DNA of 64,000 bases from Bacteroidales bacterium (GCA_011045955.1 DSBV01000095.1:285-64284), one strand, 5' to 3'. Shown: positions 10,072 to 20,157, counted from the stretch's first letter. Notes: generated by a model from the sequence alone, not told the origin. Program-made: numbers and translations.

Positions 10072-11367
10072 TTAATCAACAGCAAGTATAATGCTGTAAT
10101 TCTTTTTTCCTTTTTGAACAAGAATGTATTTGCCGTTCAATAGGGAATCGGTATTAATGGTGATATCCGCATTATCAACCTTTTGCTTATTGATACTTAA
10201 CCCGCCACCCTGAACCAAGCGACGAAGTTCACCTTTTGATGGGAATACTTTTGTGATTTCGGCAGCGAGAACTGAAAAGGGAATCCCCTTGGCAAGTTCC
10301 GATTTTTTAACCTCAAAAGTGGGCACACCCTCAAAAACGGAAAGGAATGTATGCTCATCCATACGGTTAAGCATTTCGGTAGTGGCATTGCCAAAAAGCA
10401 TTTCCGAAGCTTCAACGGCTTTACGATAATCGTCCTCGGAGTGAACCATAACCGTTACCTCACGGGCAAGCGTTTTTTGCAGCTTACGCAGGTGTGGTTC
10501 TTTTTTATGTTCAGCAATAAGGCTATCGATGGTAGTTTTGTCGAGCAGGGTAAAAATCTTGATATACCTTTCGGCATCCTCATCGGAGGTGTTGAGCCAG
10601 AACTGGTAGAACTTGTAGGGGGAGGTAAGTCGGGCATCGAGCCAAACGTTTCCGCTCTCGGTTTTACCAAACTTGGTTCCATCGGCCTTGGTGATAAGGG
10701 GAATAGTAAGGGCATAAGCCTCGCCGCCAAGCTTGCGGCGAATGAGTTCGGTTCCGGATGTGATGTTCCCCCACTGGTCGGATCCGCCCATTTGCAGCTT
10801 GCAGTTCATGTTTTGGTATAGCCACAGGAAATCGTACCCCTGAACGAGCTGGTAGGAGAATTCGGTAAACGACATACCCTCTTTGGACTCCACGCCAAGA
10901 CGTTTTTTAACGGAATCCTTGGACATCATGTAATTTACAGTGATATGCTTGCCCACATCGCGGATAAAGCTAAGGAAGTCGTAACCCTTCATCCAGTCAT
11001 AGTTGTTTACCAGAACAGCTGAGTTGGGTTTACCGCTCTCAAAATCCAGGAACTTTGAAAGTTGACGTTTAATACCCTCCAAATTGCGCTGGAGGATTTC
11101 CTCGTCGAGAAGGTTTCGCTCCTGGGATTTTCCGCTGGGATCACCTATCATTCCTGTTGCACCTCCAACAAGTGTAATGGGTTTATGCCCTGCGAGCTGG
11201 AAACGCTTAAGAAGTAATATTTGAGCAAAACTGCCAACGTGAAGCGACTCGGCTGTGGGGTCAAAACCTATATATCCGGCTGTCATTTCCTTAGTAAGCT
11301 GCTCTTCGGTTCCGGGCATCATGTCGTGTATCATGCCCCGCCATTTTAATTCCTCTACAAAATTCAC
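10072..11367 (-). CDS. tyrS: Tyrosine--tRNA ligase
   Basis: [14 protein letters not shown] (HIGH-like), [14 protein letters not shown] (KMSKS-like), C-terminal S4 domain; GTG start. Confidence 0.98.
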   Translation of the reverse strand: MNFVEELKWRGMIHDMMPGTEEQLTKEMTAGYIGFDPTAESLHVGSFAQILLLKRFQLAGHKPITLVGGATGMIGDPSGKSQERNLLDEEILQRNLEGIKRQLSKFLDFESGKPNSAVLVNNYDWMKGYDFLSFIRDVGKHITVNYMMSKDSVKKRLGVESKEGMSFTEFSYQLVQGYDFLWLYQNMNCKLQMGGSDQWGNITSGTELIRRKLGGEAYALTIPLITKADGTKFGKTESGNVWLDARLTSPYKFYQFWLNTSDEDAERYIKIFTLLDKTTIDSLIAEHKKEPHLRKLQKTLAREVTVMVHSEDDYRKAVEASEMLFGNATTEMLNRMDEHTFLSVFEGVPTFEVKKSELAKGIPFSVLAAEITKVFPSKGELRRLVQGGGLSINKQKVDNADITINTDSLLNGKYILVQKGKKNYSIILAVD

Positions 11368-11390
11368 GGCTAACCTGTTTATTGATTAAA

Positions 11391-11423
11391 CAAAAAGGCC
11401 AAACAATTTGGCCTTCAAATATA
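11391..11423 (-). terminator. Hairpin terminator after cvpA, overlapping a -7 promoter element for tyrS
   Basis: Minus strand reads TATATTTG-AAGGCCAAA-TTG-TTTGGCCTT-TTTG: a stem with T-tract immediately preceded by a TAnnTTTG box. Confidence 0.55.
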
Positions 11424-11470
11424 GTTCATTTAGGGTAAATAGCTGAAATGAATCGTACAATATATGGTTA

Positions 11471-11980
11471 TTATATTGCTTTTAAATGCTCAGAAACCGA
11501 TTCAAAGTGAAGGTAAGGGTAAATGCCTGGGGCAAGCCTTGAGAGGGGCTTAAAAAGTATTGATTTGTTTTTTGTTTCTTCCGAGTAAAAGTTGAAACGC
11601 TGGTTGGCTTTTTCAACAAAAATAATAATCACGCTAATGATTAATGCATATTTGAGCACACCGAAAACCAACCCCAGAATCTTATTAACTTTACCCAGTG
11701 GGGTTAGGTTGAAAAACTTATCGATTAGTTTACCAGTAAAGTGAACAGCAATAACAACCACCACAAAGGTAATGGAAAAAGATGCTAAAGGTATGTACTG
11801 TCCAGTTAAACCAGCCTTTTCCATTAAAAGCATGGCAGTAAAATCGGAGAACCGGATTGCTATCCAAATGCCAAGTAAAAGCGCTGCCAGCGAGGTGACT
11901 TGCATTGTTAGGCCACTAATAAACCCCCTAATTGCACCAACCGCTAGTAGTATTGCAATGATGATATCAAAAGTGGTCAT
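11471..11980 (-). CDS. cvpA: CvpA family (colicin V production) membrane protein
   Basis: FDIIIAILL..GAIRGFISGL, NKILGLVFGVLK, four TM helices. Confidence 0.88.
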   Translation of the reverse strand: MTTFDIIIAILLAVGAIRGFISGLTMQVTSLAALLLGIWIAIRFSDFTAMLLMEKAGLTGQYIPLASFSITFVVVVIAVHFTGKLIDKFFNLTPLGKVNKILGLVFGVLKYALIISVIIIFVEKANQRFNFYSEETKNKSILFKPLSRLAPGIYPYLHFESVSEHLKAI

Positions 11981-11990
11981 AATTTAAGTA

Positions 11991-12290
11991 TTAAGCCGTA
12001 CACCTTCCTACACAGTCAAGTATCTTGCCCAGATTCTCATTCCGGAGGAAGTAAACAGTGTTTTTGCCCTCACGCTTGCACGATAGTACCCCTCTATCCT
12101 TTAAAATGCCTAGATGGTGCGATGCAGTTGATTGTTCTATACCCAGTGTTTCATATATCTGGGTAACTGTTAATTGTCCCGATTTTTCCAATAAGCTAAT
12201 AATACCAATTCGGAGTGGGTGGGCAATGGCCTTTAACATGCTTGCAGCTTGCTCCAACTGCTCAATCTTCAATTCTTCAACCTGTACCAT
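11991..12290 (-). CDS. ArsR/SmtB family transcriptional regulator
   Basis: LKAIAHPLRIGII, QSTASHHLGILK, REGKNTVYFL; ATG at 12290. Confidence 0.9.
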   Translation of the reverse strand: MVQVEELKIEQLEQAASMLKAIAHPLRIGIISLLEKSGQLTVTQIYETLGIEQSTASHHLGILKDRGVLSCKREGKNTVYFLRNENLGKILDCVGRCTA

Positions 12291-12451
12291 TATCGTTCTG
12301 AATTTCAATCATATTAAATATATGCAAATATATTAATATTTCGTTTTGCCAACAATTGTTATATATCAATTTTTTAAACTTTGTTTAGGTAAACCGTGTT
12401 TAATATGGGTGAATTTTGGTTAATTTGTCCTTTAAATAGACAAGTAGATAT

Positions 12452-13414
12452 ATGCTAAACCAGATAAAGAAGCCTATAAGTAATCATTTGAATGACTTTG
12501 AGTCATTTTTCAGGAAAAACATAGGTTCCGATATAAAGCTGCTCAATCTGATAACTAACTACATAGTTAGGCGGAAGGGCAAGCAATTACGGCCAATGCT
12601 AGTATTCCTGAGTGCTGGTGCTTGTGGTCAGATAAACCAGTCAACCTATGTTGCTGCAGGGATGATTGAGTTGCTTCATACGGCAACACTGGTTCACGAT
12701 GATGTAGTAGATGAGGCTTACGAACGAAGGGGTTTTTTTTCAATCAATGCTCTATGGCGTTCAAAGGTAGCGGTACTTGTAGGGGATTTCATCCTGTCGC
12801 GGGGTTTGCTGGTTGCCATTGAAAATAACCAGGTTGAGATGCTCAGGGTGATTAGTAGTGCTGTAAAGGAAATGAGCGAGGGTGAACTTTTACAGATTGA
12901 GCGGTCCAGAAAGATGAACATTGATGAGGAAACCTATTACGATATCATTGCAAAGAAAACGGCATCGTTAATTGCCTCGTGCTGCGCCAATGGCGCAATA
13001 TCGGCTAATGCTGCCAATGATATGGTTGACAGAATATACCAATTTGGCAAATACTTAGGCATGGCTTTCCAAATTCGCGATGACCTTTTTGATTACCAAC
13101 CATCGGGTTTAATTGGTAAACCAACAGGTAACGATATCAAGGAACATAAGCTTACCCTTCCATTGATTTACTCCCTATCGCAATCCGATGCCACCGAAAG
13201 GAAAAGGGTAATTAGGCTAATAAATAGTGACAAAAAATCGAATATTACCGATGTAGTTGACTTTGCCAAAAGCAAAGGGGGTATTGATTATGCAACAAGA
13301 AAAATGTTTGAGTTTCGGGATAACGCTAAGCAAACCCTTGAAGTATTTCCCGATTCGGAATATAAGAAATCGCTATTGCTTCTAACAGATTATATAGTTA
13401 ACCGCGAGAAGTAA
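12452..13414 (+). CDS. Long-chain polyprenyl diphosphate synthase (IspB/HepT-like)
   Basis: GKQLRP, FARM HTATLVHDDVVD (Ala at -5 indicates long chain), KTA, SARM FQIRDDLFD. Confidence 0.9.
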   Translation: MLNQIKKPISNHLNDFESFFRKNIGSDIKLLNLITNYIVRRKGKQLRPMLVFLSAGACGQINQSTYVAAGMIELLHTATLVHDDVVDEAYERRGFFSINALWRSKVAVLVGDFILSRGLLVAIENNQVEMLRVISSAVKEMSEGELLQIERSRKMNIDEETYYDIIAKKTASLIASCCANGAISANAANDMVDRIYQFGKYLGMAFQIRDDLFDYQPSGLIGKPTGNDIKEHKLTLPLIYSLSQSDATERKRVIRLINSDKKSNITDVVDFAKSKGGIDYATRKMFEFRDNAKQTLEVFPDSEYKKSLLLLTDYIVNREK

Positions 13415-13419
13415 GGACT

Positions 13420-14733
13420 CTAAAGCGAAGGGAGTTTAATCCCTTTGAAAAGCTGATAGGTTTCAAGGGCATAGATATCGGTCATGCCTGATACATAATC
13501 AACAACAGCCATCATCTTGGAGTAGTTATCAGTGCTATCAACAAGGTACTGTTCAGGTATCAACCTAAGGGCTTTTTTTGAAATCGGCTTGGTAGGCTCA
13601 AGTACGGCGCTGGTAAAAATATTGAGAAGTTCGCCAATAATGCTAAAGCCAGCAATTTCAATTTCAACCACCTTGGAGTGGTTGTAAACCTGATTAACAG
13701 AAACTTTCCGTATTTCATCCATTGCCCTTGCCGATGCTCCTTCCAATTGGTCAATGAGTGGCTTAACCGGCTGGCCAGTCATAATGTGGTCATAGCTTTT
13801 TAAAAAGTTGGCAGAGCATTGCTCAATAAGCTTACTTATGGTAATAGCCCTCAGGTAAGCAATTCGTTCGTTTGTATCGTTAACCGAGGCAAGGGTTTCA
13901 TGAATATCATTCTTTTTACTTGTGGGTTCATCATCAAAAAAGGAAAGGTAAAGGTTGGTTACAGTACTGGCTGGAAGAATACCTAACTTGTGAGCATCTT
14001 CAATATCCATTACCTGGTAGCAAATATCGTCAGCGGCCTCTACCAGGTAAACCAAAGGATGACGGCAATACCTTCCATCGCCAATTTTGATAAGGCCAGT
14101 GTGGTGTGCTATCTCATTAAATACAGCAGTTTCGGATTTAAAGTAACCAAACTTCTTTTTACTTAAGAAAGAGGGGTAGGGATACTTAACTATTGAGGCA
14201 AGGGTTGCATAGCTGAGACGGAAACCGCCGGTTCGTCTGCCCCTAAACTGATGGGTAAGCAAGCGGAGGGCATTTGCATTTCCCTCGAACCGGAGCAGGT
14301 CGCTTTGCTCCCAGCGGTCAAGTTCAGGAATTTGATTGTTGGAGAAAAAATGCCTAAAGGCATCTTCGCCGCTATGGCCAAAAGGTGGATTACCTAAATC
14401 GTGAGCAAGACAAGCCGCCGAGACAACTGTAGGAATATCGGCAATTAGCTGTGGCGGGCAATCAAATTTTTGGGGATGTATCTGGTTCAAAATGCTTCGC
14501 CCTAACGATCGGCCAACACTGGACACCTCAAGGCTATGGGTTAACCTGTTATGCACAAAAACGCTACCCGGGAGTGGAAAAACCTGGGTTTTATTCTGTA
14601 AGCGCCGGAACGGGGAGGAAAAGATCAGCCTATCATAGTCGCGTTGAAAGTTGGTTCGGGTATAATCAATAGTTGATTTCGATGACGATTCGCCTGTTCT
14701 GATTGGACTTAATAGTTTTTTCCAGCTTAACAT
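13420..14733 (-). CDS. dgt: dGTP triphosphohydrolase (HD family)
   Basis: FQRDYDR...FRRLQNKTQVFP, HNRLTHSLEV, AHDLGNPPFGHSGE, FEGNAN, EAADDICY, DYVSGMTD.YA. Confidence 0.93.
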   Translation of the reverse strand: MLSWKKLLSPIRTGESSSKSTIDYTRTNFQRDYDRLIFSSPFRRLQNKTQVFPLPGSVFVHNRLTHSLEVSSVGRSLGRSILNQIHPQKFDCPPQLIADIPTVVSAACLAHDLGNPPFGHSGEDAFRHFFSNNQIPELDRWEQSDLLRFEGNANALRLLTHQFRGRRTGGFRLSYATLASIVKYPYPSFLSKKKFGYFKSETAVFNEIAHHTGLIKIGDGRYCRHPLVYLVEAADDICYQVMDIEDAHKLGILPASTVTNLYLSFFDDEPTSKKNDIHETLASVNDTNERIAYLRAITISKLIEQCSANFLKSYDHIMTGQPVKPLIDQLEGASARAMDEIRKVSVNQVYNHSKVVEIEIAGFSIIGELLNIFTSAVLEPTKPISKKALRLIPEQYLVDSTDNYSKMMAVVDYVSGMTDIYALETYQLFKGIKLPSL

Positions 14734-14745
14734 AGGTAGAAGGAT

Positions 14746-14766
14746 AAAAAAACCGGGTAAACCCGG
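14746..14766 (-). terminator. Intrinsic terminator after the Cache/GAF/PAS gene
   Basis: Minus strand CCGGG-TTTA-CCCGG-T7 directly after the stop at 14769. Confidence 0.65.
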
Positions 14767-14768
14767 AT

Positions 14769-17585
14769 TTAAATTTGATTTTCGGATAGCAAATGGCTAA
14801 CGTTGAAAGCAATTTTCATGATCTTGACTACATTCCCTTCAGCATCCCTTATTGGGGTGTAGGTTTCGTAGAATAGGTAGGTTTTATTGTTGATGCTGAA
14901 CTTTGAGGTTTCCTTTCTCACAATGCCATTATTAAGATCATCCCAGAACTGTTTGTAGTTTTTACGCTGTTCCTCGGTAAATTCCATTTGGTAGGAGTGG
15001 TGCTTACCAATAACATCATTGGCGTTAAGGTTAAGCAGCTGAAGGTAGGCCTCGTTAATAAAGGTGACGTTTCCCTCAGGGCTATACTCAATAACGTAGG
15101 CGGAGTCGTTAATTGCCTTGTAGAGATTTTCAAGTTCAATCACTTTTCTCTGAAGGTCGCGCTGAAAGGTTTCTTCCTTTTCGGATTTCTTTGAAATTTC
15201 CTCTTCCATCATCTTGGAAGCGGTAATGTCGCGGGTTATGCCAAAAGTACCAATGGTTTCGCCATGGGAATTTTTCAGGGGTAGTTTTGAGGTTTCAGCC
15301 CAGGTTACTCTACCGTCGTTCATTACTTCCTTCTCAACAATACCGATAATTGGGGTATCGGTTTTGATAATTCGTTGTTCATCCTCGTAAGCTGGGCGGG
15401 CATGCTCCTCGGTAAAGAAGTCGAAGTCGGATTTGCCAGTAAGTTCCTCTTGCTTTGTACATCCAAAGAACTCGAGGGTTGATTTACTTACCTTGATGAA
15501 ACGGCTTTTTAGGTCTTTAAAGTAGATTTTATCAGGCAGGTAATTAAGTAATGAGTCCAAAAGCGATTTTTCCCATTCCAGTTGTTTCTGGTTTTCCTCC
15601 ATCTCGGCAGTACGCTTCTCTAGTTCTTCCTTAATGGTTTCCAACTCTTCGAGGTTTTGCCTAACCTCTTCCTCCTGGGCTTTCATTTCCTCGGCCTGTT
15701 GCTGGGTTTTCTCCAGCAGTTCGGCTGTACGGATATTGGTTCGAACCGATTGAATGGTTTGGCCAATGCTTTGGGCAACCCTTTCAACAAATTCAATTTG
15801 GAAATTCTCGAACTCTGAGAAAGAAGCAAGCTCAAGCACTCCATAAATTTTATCCTCAACCTTAAGAGGTACAATAAGCAAGTTACGGGGTTTGGCTTCG
15901 CCAAGTCCCGATGAAATGGTTATGTAGTTTTCAGGAATGTCTTTTAAGTAGATGGTTTGTTTTTCAAGGGCACACGTTCCAACCAATCCTTCGCCTAGTA
16001 AAATTTGTTTTTTTATGAATTTTTGGCGGTTATAGGCGTAAGCGGCAGTAAGTTCAAAGTAGGGCTCATCAGTGTTCTCGTTGATGTAAATGAAAAGTCC
16101 GCCCTGATTTGCATTTAGAATACCAACCAGATTTTTAACAATATTGGCACTGAGAGCCTCTAAGTTATCGTTGTTTTGGCGAAGTATATCGCCAAATTTG
16201 GCCAATCCCTCATTAACCCATCTTTGGTTTTCCTCGTTGCGCTGTCTGATTAGCGCCTCTTCCCTTGCCTTCCGAAGATTCTCATTCATTTCAATCAGCG
16301 ACTTGCCCAAAACATCCTCATCGCTGAGGAGATCAAGTGAGGTGTCGTAATTACCCATGCCAACCTGTTTTGCGAATTCGGTTTTTCTGTAAAGGCCTTC
16401 AACGGTTTTGTTCAGGTGGGTAATCATGGTGCCTATTTCATCATTGTTGTCAATCTCAACAATCATGCTGTTGTCAACATGGCCCTTAGAAAGGCGTTCT
16501 AGATTTTGAGTTACTTTAGATATTGGATTGATAAGGAATTTTAGTGTCATGAGGTAAATGAAACCGGAAAGCATTAAAATGCCAATTAAACCAACAGTGA
16601 GGGTAGTCCAAAAAACATGACGGGCCTCGGCCAGAATTGTTTCGTGTGGGGTAATCAGAACAAACGACCAGTGCTGAGGGCATTTACCAACTGAAATGGG
16701 TCGGAAAGTAAAGTATGATAGCTTCCCGTTGATATCTGTTGCTTCAAATTCAATGGGTTCGCCATTAATTACCTTATCCTGAACGCCATGCAAGGTAAAT
16801 ATGGATTCGTAGTAAAACAGGGCATCGTCGCCAATCAAATCCTTATCGGGGTGGGCAATGAACTTAAACTGAGGGGAAATGATAAATGCGTAACTATTCT
16901 TGTAGGGAACAATGTTTTTGACAACCTGATGGTAGTTTGAAAGCGGGATATCGAGCCCGGCTGCACCAGCAAAATTCCCATCGATAATGCAAGGGGCAAT
17001 AACGCTGGTCATCAGAATATTTTCGGTTTGACCCTCATAGTTATCAAAGTAAGGCTCTTCCAAACTTTCGGATTTGTTTGCTTTTAATGCCGCGTAAATT
17101 GCCGATGCTTCAGTCTTTTCAGTTTTTATGGTGTTGGTAAGTATTCTGCCATTTTCGCGCCAGGCATAGTTTTGAATTCGGCCGTGTTCGTATGTGTATC
17201 CGGGTTCAACAAATTTAAGTTCCCAGCTATCCCACACGGAAAGTAAATCGGGGTATTGCTCAAGTATTTTGGTGTAGAGATTGTTGTAATCCTGTATATT
17301 TGATGTATTCCCCTCTTTTATGGTTACTGCCATTGACGAGGCAATGGTGCGTGCAATAGACATACCCATTTCAAGCATTGCCTCAAATTTATTAACCTCT
17401 TTGTCAGCTATAAGGGAAACGCGCGATTTGGCTGTTTCCATGGACAGTCGGTTAAACCTGGTGCTGTTTAGGAAAAGAAGAAAAAAAAGAATAAGAGACG
17501 AGGTTCCGATGAATAGAAAAATAATTTTTTTCTTTAACGACAAATTCTTAATTGAAGTTAAAAGTTTAATCCCAGAAATCTTCAT
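14769..17585 (-). CDS. Membrane sensor TM-Cache-TM-HAMP-GAF-coiled coil-PAS-PAS with no catalytic output domain
   Basis: Two TM helices flank a Cache-like region (EPYFD; YAFIISPQFKFIAHPD). Then HAMP (PISKVT..L..LSKG...DEIG), GAF (GEGLVGTCALEK..LLIVPL..IYGVLELASF) and two PAS domains (LLNYLPDKIYFKD; VIEYSPEGNVTFINE). The protein ends right after PAS2. Confidence 0.85.
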   Translation of the reverse strand: MKISGIKLLTSIKNLSLKKKIIFLFIGTSSLILFFLLFLNSTRFNRLSMETAKSRVSLIADKEVNKFEAMLEMGMSIARTIASSMAVTIKEGNTSNIQDYNNLYTKILEQYPDLLSVWDSWELKFVEPGYTYEHGRIQNYAWRENGRILTNTIKTEKTEASAIYAALKANKSESLEEPYFDNYEGQTENILMTSVIAPCIIDGNFAGAAGLDIPLSNYHQVVKNIVPYKNSYAFIISPQFKFIAHPDKDLIGDDALFYYESIFTLHGVQDKVINGEPIEFEATDINGKLSYFTFRPISVGKCPQHWSFVLITPHETILAEARHVFWTTLTVGLIGILMLSGFIYLMTLKFLINPISKVTQNLERLSKGHVDNSMIVEIDNNDEIGTMITHLNKTVEGLYRKTEFAKQVGMGNYDTSLDLLSDEDVLGKSLIEMNENLRKAREEALIRQRNEENQRWVNEGLAKFGDILRQNNDNLEALSANIVKNLVGILNANQGGLFIYINENTDEPYFELTAAYAYNRQKFIKKQILLGEGLVGTCALEKQTIYLKDIPENYITISSGLGEAKPRNLLIVPLKVEDKIYGVLELASFSEFENFQIEFVERVAQSIGQTIQSVRTNIRTAELLEKTQQQAEEMKAQEEEVRQNLEELETIKEELEKRTAEMEENQKQLEWEKSLLDSLLNYLPDKIYFKDLKSRFIKVSKSTLEFFGCTKQEELTGKSDFDFFTEEHARPAYEDEQRIIKTDTPIIGIVEKEVMNDGRVTWAETSKLPLKNSHGETIGTFGITRDITASKMMEEEISKKSEKEETFQRDLQRKVIELENLYKAINDSAYVIEYSPEGNVTFINEAYLQLLNLNANDVIGKHHSYQMEFTEEQRKNYKQFWDDLNNGIVRKETSKFSINNKTYLFYETYTPIRDAEGNVVKIMKIAFNVSHLLSENQI

Positions 17586-17594
17586 AATATCTGA

Positions 17595-18440
17595 TTAATA
17601 AAAACTTTGGTACTTTTTGATACGAGGATTTACACACATTACGGGTATTTCAAGTTTTGCCTCCCGCTTGCTATTGAGGAAATCATCATACTTGTCCGAC
17701 ATGATAAGAACAAGGTCGGCCTCAATGGTACGGCCAAACCTGAAAACTTCCTCTTCAAACGTTCCCTTTTTCTTGGCGGTTTTAATACCGTAAACAATAT
17801 TAACCCCATCGAGCATTTTTTTGGTGAAGTATATATTATTGGCCAGTTGTTTCTTTTTGCCATCGTCGGTTAGGTAAGGCTTAATGAGGTTAACGTTACA
17901 CTTATAGTACTTAGCAAGGTAGATAATCCAATGAACAGCTTCCTTGAACTTCCTGTCGTAGTCCACGGGAATTACAATTTCAATATAGTGTGAGTGGATT
18001 GGGGCCTTGCTGACTATAATGAAGGGAAGGGTTGTTTCCTTAAAAAATAGGTTTTTGAGGTAATTAGAAATGCGATGAACTTCATTACCAATTTTATAGG
18101 CGTAATGAGCAACAATAAGGTTGACATTTGCTGCGGGTATTAACTCTCGGATGATACGTTTGGGATAGCCTTCTAAGACAAATGTTTGGGGTTTAAATCC
18201 GTATTTAACTTCGAGTTCTGAGGCAGTCTTCTCAATTTTGGCATTATAGGTTTCAATTTTTTTAAAATTCACCTTACGGTATATGGTGTCAATAATCCAT
18301 GAACGTGGAATAATGTGTAGTAATATGATTTCATTGCCTCCAGCTTTTGCGAGCTGAAGAGCATGTTGAAAGGCAATTTCGGAACCTTCGGTAAAATCCC
18401 AGGGAACCAGAATGATTCTTTTAATATTAATATTATCCAT
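17595..18440 (-). CDS. Tandem universal stress protein (Usp), degenerate nucleotide loop
   Basis: ILVPWDFTEGSEIAFQHAL..A, second domain IVIPVDY, ends IPVMCVNP. Confidence 0.8.
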   Translation of the reverse strand: MDNINIKRIILVPWDFTEGSEIAFQHALQLAKAGGNEIILLHIIPRSWIIDTIYRKVNFKKIETYNAKIEKTASELEVKYGFKPQTFVLEGYPKRIIRELIPAANVNLIVAHYAYKIGNEVHRISNYLKNLFFKETTLPFIIVSKAPIHSHYIEIVIPVDYDRKFKEAVHWIIYLAKYYKCNVNLIKPYLTDDGKKKQLANNIYFTKKMLDGVNIVYGIKTAKKKGTFEEEVFRFGRTIEADLVLIMSDKYDDFLNSKREAKLEIPVMCVNPRIKKYQSFY

Positions 18441-18535
18441 AACCGGAACTTTGGGTCAATATTTCAACTTTAACTATACAAAATAGCAAATATTTAACGA
18501 ATTAGTAAAAGTAATACAAAAAAATGTAAAATTCA

Positions 18536-20011
18536 CTACAAAGATGTATCATTTTCTAATTCGCTCATCCAGCGCTTAAGATTTTTGAGCTGAACATCCT
18601 TGTTTACATTCCTTAATCTACGGGCTGTTTGGGTAAAATACTGGTGTTTCTGTATGAAATCAATTTGTATCGAATTCCAGTCGTGGAGCGAACCCACCAT
18701 GCCATGCTCGTGGAGCTCCTTGTAAAGAGCATTCGATACAGGTATAAAGTCGGTTCTTCCCAAGTAATCCAAATCGGCATCGCAAATAATTTCCTCAAGG
18801 ATGTTTTTGGGTTTTGGAGGTAACTTGGTAGCCATAATAATTTCAGCAACCCGGGTAATTTGCTCTGGAGTATAGCCGTAGCGGGGCAATATTTCATGCG
18901 CCATTTTCACGCTCATTTCCTCGTGCGTTGCATAATCAATTAAGTGGCCCATATCGTGGAACAATGCAGCGGTTCTAACCAGAAGCATGTCTTCGTTTGG
19001 TAGGTTTTCGGCCCTGCCAATTAGTTCGACCTGAGTATAAACGTCAATGGTGTGCTTTAAATTGTGGTAGTAGAGGTTTTTTGGAAGGCCCTTTTCCAGT
19101 TTCTCGAGAACAAATTCCTCCAGATCGGCTAACCGTACAAGCTGAAGTTCAACCCTAAAGTCATTATTTGGTGTATAACTGTTGGAGTCGGAGAATTTTG
19201 GCAGGAATCCTTCCACAAAGTACATGTTAACATCGCCCTTGTTCTTGATTGGAATCTTACCCTGGAACTTGCAATTGAATAAATCGCGAACAACCAGATA
19301 GGTGTTTTCTGAAATGTTGATTTTTCCGGGCTCGCTTGCCGATTCCATTCGGCTAGCAATGTTTACTGTGGTTCCCCAGATGTCGTATGATAACTTGTTA
19401 CGGCCAACAATTCCGGCAATAACGGGTCCGGTATCGATACCAATTCTTAGCTCCCAGATTTCTTTGTCGGAATTGAGTTGCTGGTTTAATTTTTTCATGC
19501 AGCCCATCATCTCAACTGCCGCTGCAACAACTTCAAAAGGATTTGTTCTATTTGGATGTGGAAGGCCACCGGCACACATATAGGCATCGCCTATGGTCTT
19601 AATTTTTTCGATCCCATACTTTTCCACAATGCTATCGAATTCAAAGAAAAGCCTGTCGAGTTGGTCAATCAGAGAATCGGCATTTATTTCATCGATTATT
19701 CTGGTAAAGCCCTGAATATCGGCAAAGAGAACCGTAACCATCTGAAATTTTTGTGCATCAACTTTACCCTGGTCAATTAGTTCTTTGGCCTTTTCGCGGG
19801 GCAAAACTCGTGAGAGCAGGTTCTCGGTTTTCTGTCTTTCCCTGAGTAATTCCTCAGTTCTAACAAAGAGTTTCTGCTGTAGGGCATAACTCTTTTTGGT
19901 GTAGTAGTAACGTGCATAGAGAATCAAGGTAGCAAAAGTTGCTACTGCTAATAAAGCAAACGCTATAAAGGTTGAAAGGAAAGCCATTTGGTAAAACACA
20001 AAAAAATTCAC
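18536..20011 (-). CDS. Membrane-anchored class III adenylate cyclase fused to an HD phosphohydrolase domain
   Basis: One TM helix, a coiled coil, cyclase motifs VLFADIQGFT, KIKTIGDAYM, RIGIDTGPVIAG, YDIWGTTVNIASRME, then HD motifs YHNLKHT, AALFHDMG, HEE, CDADLDYLG. The start may be ATG 19987. Confidence 0.9.
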   Translation of the reverse strand: MNFFVFYQMAFLSTFIAFALLAVATFATLILYARYYYTKKSYALQQKLFVRTEELLRERQKTENLLSRVLPREKAKELIDQGKVDAQKFQMVTVLFADIQGFTRIIDEINADSLIDQLDRLFFEFDSIVEKYGIEKIKTIGDAYMCAGGLPHPNRTNPFEVVAAAVEMMGCMKKLNQQLNSDKEIWELRIGIDTGPVIAGIVGRNKLSYDIWGTTVNIASRMESASEPGKINISENTYLVVRDLFNCKFQGKIPIKNKGDVNMYFVEGFLPKFSDSNSYTPNNDFRVELQLVRLADLEEFVLEKLEKGLPKNLYYHNLKHTIDVYTQVELIGRAENLPNEDMLLVRTAALFHDMGHLIDYATHEEMSVKMAHEILPRYGYTPEQITRVAEIIMATKLPPKPKNILEEIICDADLDYLGRTDFIPVSNALYKELHEHGMVGSLHDWNSIQIDFIQKHQYFTQTARRLRNVNKDVQLKNLKRWMSELENDTSL

Positions 20012-20157
20012 ACACTAAGATAGAGCGATTGCGAATCTTTATCAAATATTTTAACAATTTGTTTAAACAAATTTCTTTTGAACTCAATAAAAATAATAAT
20101 TTGATTAAATTTGAAGGTGATTTATGAACGTGATGTTTTAGGGGTAAATGCCAAAAA

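Noticed and set aside
13420-14733. dGTPase as a nucleotide-depletion defence gene
   Set aside because: It looks like the ordinary housekeeping Dgt among core genes, with no defence neighbours.
18536-20011. Cyclase as a Pycsar or CBASS anti-phage system
   Set aside because: The specificity residues are the ATP-type Lys/Asp. No TIR, TM-effector or nuclease gene is adjacent, and the context is core chromosome rather than a defence island.
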